Assembly (NCBI GenBank): GCA_002633005.1
Contig: NMRA01000071.1
Coordinates: 1,081,893 to 1,145,892, forward strand
Origin: Phoronis australis
Taxonomy: Eukaryota > Animalia > Phoronida
DNA: 64,000 nt
Direction: 5' to 3'
Part shown: piece after piece, positions 53,601 to 61,523 of the stretch
Layout of the letters: every line of letters begins with the position of its first letter
How positions within the stretch are numbered: the first letter of the stretch is position 1
The notes under the pieces: model-generated
What the model saw: only the letters and a program-made list of their open reading frames with translations
Told to the model about the DNA's origin: nothing
Databases searched by the model: none
Position numbers and translations under genes: made by a program

Positions 53601-55785
53601 TTTGAGGGTCCATGGGTTGGGTTCAGTAACGTACATGTAAGAATCTAGCTATAAAAGCAAGACCTTGCGAGATTACTTGATATATTTCCGAGTATTTTGA
53701 GTCAACGCACGTGATTTTGACTATATCTTTTCTCGCTGCGAGACAGATACTAAACGCTTTCCTCAGGTAGTTGACACATGTCTCAAAATCCGTTGTTAAA
53801 ACACGGTAGTTGAGTTTTTGGTGGTTGGTGGCAAACAATACACAGTGTGTTCCAAACATTTAGTCAAAAGTCAATACAACACTGTATTGACAAATTCTAT
53901 GCCGTGGATCAGACTTTGCGCCTGGCCCTACCGTACAGTTCCAATATGCTCCAAGAGCATGCGCTTGAGCCACGACGTGCCCTGTACTCAATGACAAAGA
54001 AGTTTTGGAGAACGGACATTTATTGCGCAACACTATTGACAAATAAAAGACATCAAATAAGCGAAAAAACATCAAATCTTGACCATGCAATTTGATATGG
54101 ATATAACCCCGTTACAAAAATAATGCAGTGAAACTCTAAAAAATATCTAAAGGTTTCCTAGAACAGCCCCAAAACTGTTTATTTGGCTGGTGAACTAAAG
54201 CTATGACTCGAAAAACCCCTCCCCAGTAAAAATGAGAGCAAAATGCTTAACGCTCATGAGTGAAGTGTCGATGGCTACTTCCTTTGCGTTTGCGCTAACC
54301 TGATGTGAGCGCGAGGTGATACACTATTGGTAACTTTTGGTAAATGGGGGCAGGAGTGTCGGATGTGCTGGCGATGGGAAGGGGAAGCGAGGAGTTTGGC
54401 GTAGTCGAGTTGCTTCATGTTTCTCCAATAAGTTTTACTTTCGGGTCAAGTCGTCTGGTCAACCAAGTCCACAACGAAACCATAGATCCATAGATGTCGT
54501 GGGTAAAAGATACCAAGGAGGTATACAACATGTGATAGTTGTGTTATTTGGTACATCATACACTGTCTTCCGGACTAGATCTTTTTTTGAAAGTAGAAGA
54601 ACTAACTGAATCACGGAACCAATATTTAGGACTTAAAGTTAACATACTCACGTGGTTCTGAAAATTATTGATATTGCTACAAATGCATGTATACAGTGTA
54701 TGGCAGTCAGTTGTTTTACGAGTAGCCATGTCAACGAGGTTTCACGAACATTTGTTAAAACCAAATACTCCAACTGAACTTGGAATTCTCTTGAGGTATT
54801 TTATATATTTACAAATGTTGTTACATGTAACTACATAGTCAGCATCATTAACAAATGCTTTATATCAGTAAAAACAGAATCGTGAATTCAATATCACACA
54901 GGACGAGAAAGTAGAATACTTGCTACTTCATTTGAAGTTTATTAGCTCCACGGACATGAGTGTGACGTATGAACGTATCCAGCGCCAGTATGTCATGTCC
55001 CCTATCACGCAAGTTTTTTGTAATAACTTCTGTTATACCCGCACGTCTCCGATGCCTTATGGAAACAGGAAGAGTCACAGAGTGGTCAAATACTAAGCTG
55101 TCACAACCACCACAAACACAGTTACATGTACGTCCTGCCATTTGTTATTATATCATGAGTCGTGGAACATTCAGAATCATTATGTGATGACTTTTCACAT
55201 TAAGGAGTTTAGGGCTGTGATTGGCTGTTCGTACTGAAAGTATCAACCAGTAAATGTTCGAGGACAGCTAATTAACATATTGTTAGATAAATAAACAATT
55301 TGGGTGTTCCAAATTGACAGCTGGTTGACTGCAGGTGTTGCTGTCTTGGTGTTTTCATTTGTTTTAAGCGCTTAAATATCGACCACTGCTATAAAGATGA
55401 TGAATAAAAATTACAATGTCTAAAACCCTGTGTTGAAACATCTATCTTTGTAGCAATGGTATCCGAGGGTCTGCCGTCTGCGCTTATAAGTGGGAACGTG
55501 TCCTTGGTGTATTTAATGGTAAATTCAAAGACCAAAAAGATGTGAACAGCATATGGCTGAACGTTTCAGCACGCCTTGTTCCGACACCACACCCCACGAA
55601 GGTGAGCGGTCGATGTCATCAAACCTTAGACTAAGGGCATCTCCGGTATGGATATCGGCTACCAAATACCTGCGTAGTTCGGTATCAACATAGATCAGGT
55701 TATCGAATAGGAGACTATGGCTGATTCTGAATGAATTTGATACCTTATGCAAGGCTTAACCTGTACCGTGAATAATAGTCACACA

Positions 55786-55837
<52 letters not shown>

Positions 55838-58800
55838 NNNNNNNNNNNNNNNNNNNNNNNNNNNNNNNNNNNNNNNNNNNNNNNNNNNNNNNNNNNNNNN
55901 NNNNNNNNNNNNNNNNNNNNNNNNNNNNNNNNNNATATATATATATATATATATATATATGGTTGGTAGACCAATATACACAAGTATACATGTAAAAGCG
56001 ACAAGAGGCCTGCTGTAATGGTACATGTACGTGGCTAGATGATGGAGATCCCGACTTTTTAATATACGGACTCCAAGGCATTTTTCAGTCACGATTGGGT
56101 GGGACATTATTCTTTTTGACCCAGTCCAAGCCCGGGCATGCATAGGTTCCCCTAAATAGTGATAATTGTCAATCATTTTCACAGTTCTGTATCTTCTGCA
56201 AGGCATCTTCAAATGCAAGTATAGAATGCAGATTGAGATATCGATACATGATATCGGTCATTCTAGCTCCAGTTCCCCCCCCCACCCCAGATGAGCACTG
56301 CAACTGCAGTGGAAGTGTCCTCCTTTTATTGTTCAGTGGCCTTCCAGAAAACAGAATAGAGATAATGATGCGAGAAAGCCTTCCGCATTGTCAAGTGGTC
56401 TGGTTATCAAATGAAGTTCACTCAGAATGCATATACATGTAGTCTTGACTGGTTTATGCAATTACCAAGCACAGGAGGTGTTGGTTCGTGCTCGTGATAT
56501 GATGATATGCTAGTAAGTAATAATTACGCGATGGAAAGGTTATATAATTGCTTTCCGATGATATGACGTTAATTGGATAAAGTAATTACTAAAGAGCATG
56601 AAGGTCTGGTGAGTCAGACCTTTCCACCCTCTGTCTGGTTCTAATGCAGAGAGCCTTCTTGCCAGCACTTACCCTTCCACAAGATCGACGTAACCGCAGT
56701 CAGGTCACCAACTGGGATGAGCTCAGACAACCTTCCCCTACATTGAGAATTTTTCTGAACAACGGTCACGCACTTCCAATTTACAGGAGGTTTAAACATT
56801 TTCCAAACCAATCAACAACATCCGGGGAAATGTGAAATGTATCTGACATGGAAGCAAACTTCCCTCGCCTCCTCATCTTTAGGAAGTCGTACAAACCGTT
56901 GGCACACCTTCTGAAATCAGAACTGCCCAAACTTCCCACACGGTTTTGCTGATTTTGACTCTTGTAATGACTCGCCAAAAAGGGATTTGGATGCGCCTCT
57001 TGTCAGGAATCGTAGAGTAAGAAGGAATTGGCTGCAATGGGTGATATCGCGGGTTAATCAGATGAAGAAGAAAATTTAAAATGAAAACTATTGTCTCTGG
57101 ACTGAAACTGGAGCGCTGAAATATTGTATGATGATTTATGTTTTACAAAGATTTGCTGTGTGTCTCAGTGGTCTTTCGTTATTTTCTTCTCTCGCTCGTG
57201 TCCATTTTCGAGTACAATTTCAAGCACACTGCCAAACGAAACTTGAATTTGGGATTATATACTCGGAATTTTTACTCAAAATCTTACTTGAAAAATAGAT
57301 GAAATACATGTCGCTTCGAGTATACTCGAAAAATGAGTACGTGCTTGAAATTTTGAGTACCTGTTTTTTTAGTATTACATTAAATACACCAAAGAGCAGA
57401 CTGTACTCGAGTTGAATTTGAGTCTGAGTCGAGTCTGGGTATGGAGGTTGGAGACCGCGCCCTGGTCAACGTGACGCCGGAAATCCAGTCAGTGAGCAAG
57501 ACCTACTGTATAGAGAAAGGGCGGAAACGTCCGACTCACCACACTTTTATGTTTTTTATTAAGTGAATTAGAAATTTAAGAATTGTGCAGAGTCATCAGT
57601 GCCATACGCCTTCGATATAGATGATATTAGCACTGTATACCCAGCGGTTATCGCAGTCTTAGGTTATCTGCAGCAATGTGTTCTGCACCTTACGTAAATT
57701 GCCATCCTTGCATCGAGCAATTTTATTGCATGCGTCGATATTACAGAATGATTGTTTTATATTTATAACGACAATGGCTGCATTTGATTGACTTCAACGG
57801 ATCCACGGGGTCAATCGATAAAGATACCATCGGTTGACACCGGGGAAACTGGCGAATATTATGAAGTGTACCGCGAGACATTTTCCTCTTGACAGTGCGT
57901 CAGCAACACAAAGGGAGTGCCGTTTCTTTCACAACAGTTCCACAAACAACATCCCATCATGAGCGAGGCAGTGCCACCTTACGCTGGCCGACCTATTCTA
58001 GTAGACGCGAGTCAAATACGGTCCTTTACACGTATTGTCGTCGACTTCCAAGTAGAAGCAGCCGACAAAAAACTCTACGATGTACTTTTCATTGGAATGA
58101 GTAAGTGCATTTCTGAAGAACTCCAAAATATTGTACCAATGCGCATTGCATTTACACTATTTATTTCGAGTTGTAAGCTCGGCTGACCTTACCAAATCAA
58201 AGCAAAGTCCACCACTTCATTTTTAATTCGCCATAATTCATAATGAAATCATCAAGCGGTAACTCTTGAGATACAGTTCCAGACCACCAGCCATGTCGCG
58301 GCACTGAAATCAGTTACACTGGTGACTCTGAGCGCACTGACCCGTGGCCCTTGCTGGATGCTGAAATTCAATCTGACTTCTGATATTTGCTCAGGTCCAG
58401 TATAAGGGAGCGTTAAATCTGTGCAGTAGGAGCAGCCTGTCCTGGCCTGTGTTCTTCAGCTCTAGGACCTACGCTAGGACGTAGCTAAAATCTAAACAAA
58501 GTCACGTGCTCATTTAAAATGTACGGCAATATTCCACGTCATCTCGCGAAGTAATGCTTTTTAACGAGGTCCTGGCGTTACTGAACGGTAGGCTGTTTTG
58601 GATTGTTGTGGTACCTGTGTACTCACTCACTACTCCTTAGATAGTACTACCCAATATTCTGTATAAGAGTTGTCGGTGGCTCCATGATGTCTGACTGCTA
58701 GCTTGTGCCTACACTGTATCATGCAAGTGACATAGGTTCCCTATTGTTACTAAGAACAGTTCCCACCTTGACCTTGTGACTTAAAATACATTTATTAATG

Positions 58801-61523
58801 CATCTCAAGAGATTTAATAGCCTGTAGTATATCTAATATTTTCTGTTATCGGGGCTGTACATAATGAGTGCAGGACCTTCCCTGAAGTTGATGTTTGATA
58901 CCAGTGCGATACTGAGAATCCACAGATAGCCGCCTTTTTCAGACATGAAAAGGTTCGTTTGTGAAGGAGGTACATGTAGTAACAGCAACTTGACTGAGAA
59001 CGTCTTTGTGTCCAAATTTCCTAAATACGAAAAAGTTGCACAGCAACGGCATTGGTTTGTGCACCGCATGAGAATGTGGAATGTCACTGTGGAACATGCG
59101 ATTCAGTCCTGAGCCACATTGTGTTAAAAAATCCAAGGAATCGCGTTTCGACCAAACACAAATGAGGCGTTACTATGAAAAACTCGCCGCCTTGCAAACT
59201 TTATGAATAACGAACAATCTACTTGCATTCAAGGACGAGTGATGCCAGGACCTCGACCCTGGCCTAAATCGAGTACTACGACAAGTACATGTAGGCTTAT
59301 TCATTGTGTTTATTCCATCATGGCAATAGTGAATACGAGTGATACAGGTTTACTGTGGCCTTTTGCCACTGATTATTAGATTCTATTTTGTGAATATCGA
59401 CCAGCCTTTGGTTCAGTTGGTTGTGGCTCACCCATGCCTGTAGGATTTCCCGTCCAAGTTGGTCATATTTGGGCTCATGGTCGACGAAAGTTCGCAAAGT
59501 GGGGAATCTAATTGTCTGATTCTTCCAGTACTTGGGTGCGATGCCTCTATACACTCTCCTCTCTCTTTCTGCGTAAACATTGTCCAGTTCGCGCTCAAAA
59601 TCATTCTCGTCTTCTGATCTGCTGTGTTGCGCCACAGCAATCGTCAACTGGCCAAACGTCTTCCACCCATTACATCATTTGGCGAGAAACTTGCGGCTGT
59701 TAGACTTTATGGTATTCATTTCATATCAGATAATTGAAAACTCAAAAACTAAAAAAATGCATTTTGGGAACACTTTCAATTTAACTGTTGGTATTGCCTA
59801 GTTTACATGGTTTCACATGTGTTATAAGCTTTACTTTTACAGTCACATCAACTACAAATTCTTGTTCCCATTTTTGTGACATGCCGCATGACAAATCATG
59901 TGACGATCACAAGTCAAACTTAAGATTTCTTTGAATAAAGTTGAATCACGACAAGAGAAATTCATCATACTGGTTACTGGTGAAAGCTTATCGCTTGAAT
60001 TCATCGTTTAATAATAATAAGTCATCACACTTCGATGTAAAACCCCTAAAAATAAACCGAGTTCTTATAAAAACGTGTTGTTTTATTTCGCTGTTACGGA
60101 TTTATTGGTATTTGGATACATCGTAGGCTACAAAGTTCGGCAGGCCAATTTAAAATGTTGGTAGCAGGAGTTTGGGGTCTGTTCGGAGATCAATTCGAAG
60201 TATTCTTCCGTGAAATACAAACATGAGAACCTAGATCTGTGATGTTTAGACTTGTGATTTTTTAGTTCTAAATACACAAAACTCTTGTTATGCCGGCCAA
60301 TGGCTCGGAACCCGATCAGGCCCGTCGCGGCCGCAAGGACTGGCACGAACATAAACCAGCTTAAGTTGGAAACTAAACATCCAGTCACAAAAAGACTGTA
60401 ATAATGAGCCAAAGAAATCTACCTACTTGCCGGGGGCCGTGAAGTCTGGTTCCCCTTCCGCAGACCGTCACGAAAAAGGTTGTACAGTAACAATGATTTG
60501 AATAATGTATTTGTATTTCTAAATAAAGATTCCCCGAACACTAGACCATAGCATATAAAATCGAGTAAGTGTTTCACAACAGCTATTTGTCAGCAAACAC
60601 TGAATTAGCATTCGCTCACACGGCCTTCTTGCCCGGTCAATTAGCTTCATTGCATCTAAAGCCGATGTGAATTAAACCGTTTCAAGCAAGTGTGTCGCCA
60701 TTTCGTTATGCAGTTTCAAATCTAGAAGGCAAGACAGCTTGGGATCTTGTCTGCGCTCTTGGAACAGAAAAGTCTTCACTGTGTTGAGGTAGAAAAATAT
60801 AATGCACTATTTCCAATTCTTGGCAGCCCTATTTTTCCAGTCAAATTACCAAGTCAAACACCCATGGCGTTATTGAATTAATTAATTCATGAGAAAGGGT
60901 ATAGAGAGTGCTGTCTACAGTTTACGAGCTATTGTCAAGTCGAAACAAAGCAGTTGTAAACGATTTTTTAACAAGATAGTGATTTTGACAACATTCGCCG
61001 TCTTACCGGCTCTGATATCACCGAATGTATACTCGACCGGAAACGGTCCTTATTACTATTAGAAAAAGCCAGCAGCGTCGTAGACTAAACCTTTGAATTC
61101 CATCATTAACATGTATGGTCAGTTTTGCTTAAGCTAGTTCCATGTAACGTTTTCGTTATTTTTCAGGTGACGGTACAGTTCGCAAGGCATACAATAGAGG
61201 CCGAGGAAATCGGATTGACACTGTCATCGTGGAGGATATCCCGGTATTCTCTGACGGACTTCCGGTACAGGACATGAAGATCTACAAAAAGAACAGCCAC
61301 GTGAGCATCATCGTCGTGTCGGAGAATCAAATCAAGAAGTTCTCTGCCTATGATTGCAGCGCGCACTCATCGTGCACTACGTGTGTGGGCTCCAAGGACG
61401 TGTACTGCTCCTGGAACCAAGTCCAAAAAAAGTGCGAGAGATCCACCACAGGTCTCCAGAATCTTGTGACGGGACGTCATCAGCAGTGCCGATCTGACAA
61501 CACCGCTACGAATAGCAACACAG
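32576..61523 (+). CDS. Semaphorin gene (Sema + PSI domains, class 1/6-like), multi-exon, 3' end not found in window. Join: 32576-32645, 33873-33972, 34163-34208, 37807-37974, 38310-38502, 38918-39006, 42817-42958, 51409-51493, 55454-55601, 57896-58100, 61167-61523
   Basis: Exons are phase-compatible and stop-free when joined (about 534 codons). Sema hallmarks occur in order: LLVGARN, CQNHIRVL, ACGTNA.EPVC, GLCP..P, PDFVASF..GDKVYFVFREVAVE..NCGKRIYSRISRLCK.D.GG, FFKARIECSIPGEFPFHFNEI, FYAVFTTP.NGIRGSAVCAY, VF.GKFK, HPIM.EAVP, YDVLFIG..DG.V.K, then PSI C...SC..CV...D.YCSW....KC. Confidence 0.93.
33873..33972 (+). CDS. Semaphorin exon (G)STSRMTSTFEPDKNSLGYSRMLIDGETLLVGA(R)
   Basis: TTTCTGCAG acceptor, AG|GTAAGT donor; LLVGAR motif from the start of the Sema domain; phase 1 to 2. 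Confidence 0.88.
34163..34208 (+). CDS. Semaphorin exon (R)NTIYQLHVENLTTRA
   Basis: TTATTTCAG acceptor, G|GTGAGT donor; continues GARN.IY.L; phase 2 to 0. Confidence 0.85.
34765..35031. mobile_element. hAT-like MITE with CA(G/T)(A/G)GG(C/T)GGAT...ATCC(G/A)CCACTG ends; related copy at 25452-25616
   Basis: CATAGGTGGATTTAGGGG...CCTAGATCCGCCACTG; the other copy reads CAGGGGCGGATCTAG...TAAATCCACCACTG. TSDs not clear. Confidence 0.55.
35393..36190 (-). mobile_element. Crypton-type tyrosine recombinase (DUF3504-like) remnant, frameshifted, in a semaphorin intron
   Basis: LKQQGKGNRK..AE.LTD.E..LLW, PQALL..VWF.NT..FG.RG..E.RQLQW.DI, YREFNERETKTR, CPVA.YK, TNHSVRRT....L.AG......LSG. Confidence 0.88.
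37807..37974 (+). CDS. Semaphorin exon HLTWKS...CQNHIRVLL...ACGTNANEPVCRTLKL
   Basis: Polypyrimidine tract + TAAG acceptor, G|GTAAGT donor; C-N-IRVL and CGTNA motifs; phase 0 to 0. Confidence 0.93.
38157..38290. repeat. Short tandem repeat just upstream of the acceptor of exon 38310
   Basis: GGC.CTCATGTT(T)G.ATTGCCA.GACG three times; AGACAT.GTGCTATCGTTA twice. Confidence 0.8.
38310..38502 (+). CDS. Semaphorin exon NTFSQ...GLGLCPKSPEQNNTAVYSG...DSSNNHVLN
   Basis: TTTTTCAG acceptor, C|GTGAGC donor; equivalent of the G.G.CPYDP..N.TA segment; phase 0 to 1. Confidence 0.88.
38918..39006 (+). CDS. Semaphorin exon (R)PDFVASFEEGDKVYFVFREVAVEDQNCGK
   Basis: TTTTCTAG acceptor, AG|GTACTG donor; P.FV...VYF.FRE.AVE..NCGK typical of class 1/5/6 semaphorins; phase 1 to 0. 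Confidence 0.93.
39950..42640 (-). mobile_element. Heavily degraded LINE, similar type to 29587-31400
   Basis: LNREISIDEI..VVKK.KNNK...YDCIPYEVL; DPRIPLIY.GISL; DEQNGFR near 41525-41545; ALTGYMGW; QPKLRT. Confidence 0.75.
42817..42958 (+). CDS. Semaphorin exon RIYSRISRLCKTDTGG...FFKARIECSIPGEFPFHFNEI
   Basis: TTCTTTCAG acceptor, C|GTAAGT donor; SR..R.CK.D.GG and KAR..CS.PG..PF.FNEI motifs; phase 0 to 1. Confidence 0.95.
44205..45600 (-). mobile_element. 5'-truncated LINE (CR1/L2-group-like RT) with intact 3' end and (TC)n tail
   Basis: [79 protein letters not shown] (minus strand, about 44245) directly followed by the (GA)n tract at 44205-44238. Confidence 0.92.
45823..50732 (-). mobile_element. 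Sola3-like DNA transposon relic with long diverged TIRs, in a semaphorin intron
   Basis: TTAA|GAG at 45819-45825 (alternative 45841-45847) and CTC|TTAA at 50730-50736. Inverted matches: CAGAGGGTGATAAACGCTATGTCAC (45869-45893) / 50674-50699, and ATCTCAGCTGGCACA (about 46243-46257) / about 50309-50323. Minus ORF 49665-50018 has LILARVG.F...RHRADLGILWKPCRLCKHPFH. Confidence 0.65.
47580..48135. repeat. Degenerate tandem repeat, ~250 bp period, about 2.2 copies
   Basis: GAT.T.TAAATG.G....GA.CTAA.T.C.A.TG.A.TGG.TCAA recurs at about 47581, 47835 and 48086; CATGGAAAA ends each unit. Confidence 0.75.
51409..51493 (+). CDS. Semaphorin exon (H)SMSKIALGNVNASVSANKMFYAVFTTP(S)
   Basis: GTTTTCAG acceptor, AG|GTAAAT donor; YAVFTTP motif; bridges phase 1 to 2 exactly as the flanking exons require. 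Confidence 0.88.
53619..53760 (+). mobile_element. MITE copy 2 (family of 4254-4412)
   Basis: GTTCAGTA...AAAAGCAAGACCTTGCGAGATTAC...CACGTGATTTTGACTA. Confidence 0.7.
55454..55601 (+). CDS. Semaphorin exon NGIRGSAVCAYKWERVLGVFNGKFKDQKDVNSIW...PTPHPTK
   Basis: TCTTTGTAG acceptor, AG|GTGAGC donor; GSAVC, F.G.FK.Q....W and VP.P.P motifs; phase 2 to 0. Confidence 0.93.
55780..55960. repeat. (CA)n and (TA)n microsatellites flanking a 97-N assembly gap (55838-55934)
   Basis: Directly visible. Confidence 0.97.
56090..57450 (-). mobile_element. Possible KDZ/Zisupton-type transposase relic with one terminus
   Basis: Ordered but decayed minus-strand fragments GSA*..FRKILNVGE, GH.HC / VLIWGG..TGA.MT and TVKM...HARAW; terminus-like CAACCTCCATACCCAGACTC at 57450-57431. 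Motif match is from memory and unverified. Confidence 0.4.
57896..58100 (+). CDS. Semaphorin exon CVSNTK...HPIMSEAVPP...YDVLFIGM
   Basis: TTTTCCTCTTGACAG acceptor, A|GTAAGT donor; HP.M..AV and YDVLFIG motifs; phase 0 to 1. Confidence 0.93.
58441..58596 (-). mobile_element. MITE copy 3 (family of 4254-4412), inverted
   Basis: CTAGGACCTACGCTAGGAC.TAGCTAAAA...AAAGTCACGTG...TACTGAACGG is the reverse complement of copy 1. Confidence 0.8.
61167..61523 (+). CDS. Semaphorin exon: end of Sema domain plus PSI domain
   Basis: TTTTTCAG acceptor, AG|GTTAGC donor; DG.V.K, then CSAHSSCTTCVGSKDVYCSWNQVQKKC...QNL..G.HQQC; phase 1 to 1. Confidence 0.93.

Noticed and set aside
55745-56081. ORFs containing HTHT/CVCV/YIYI runs
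   Set aside because: Translations of microsatellites and an N gap.
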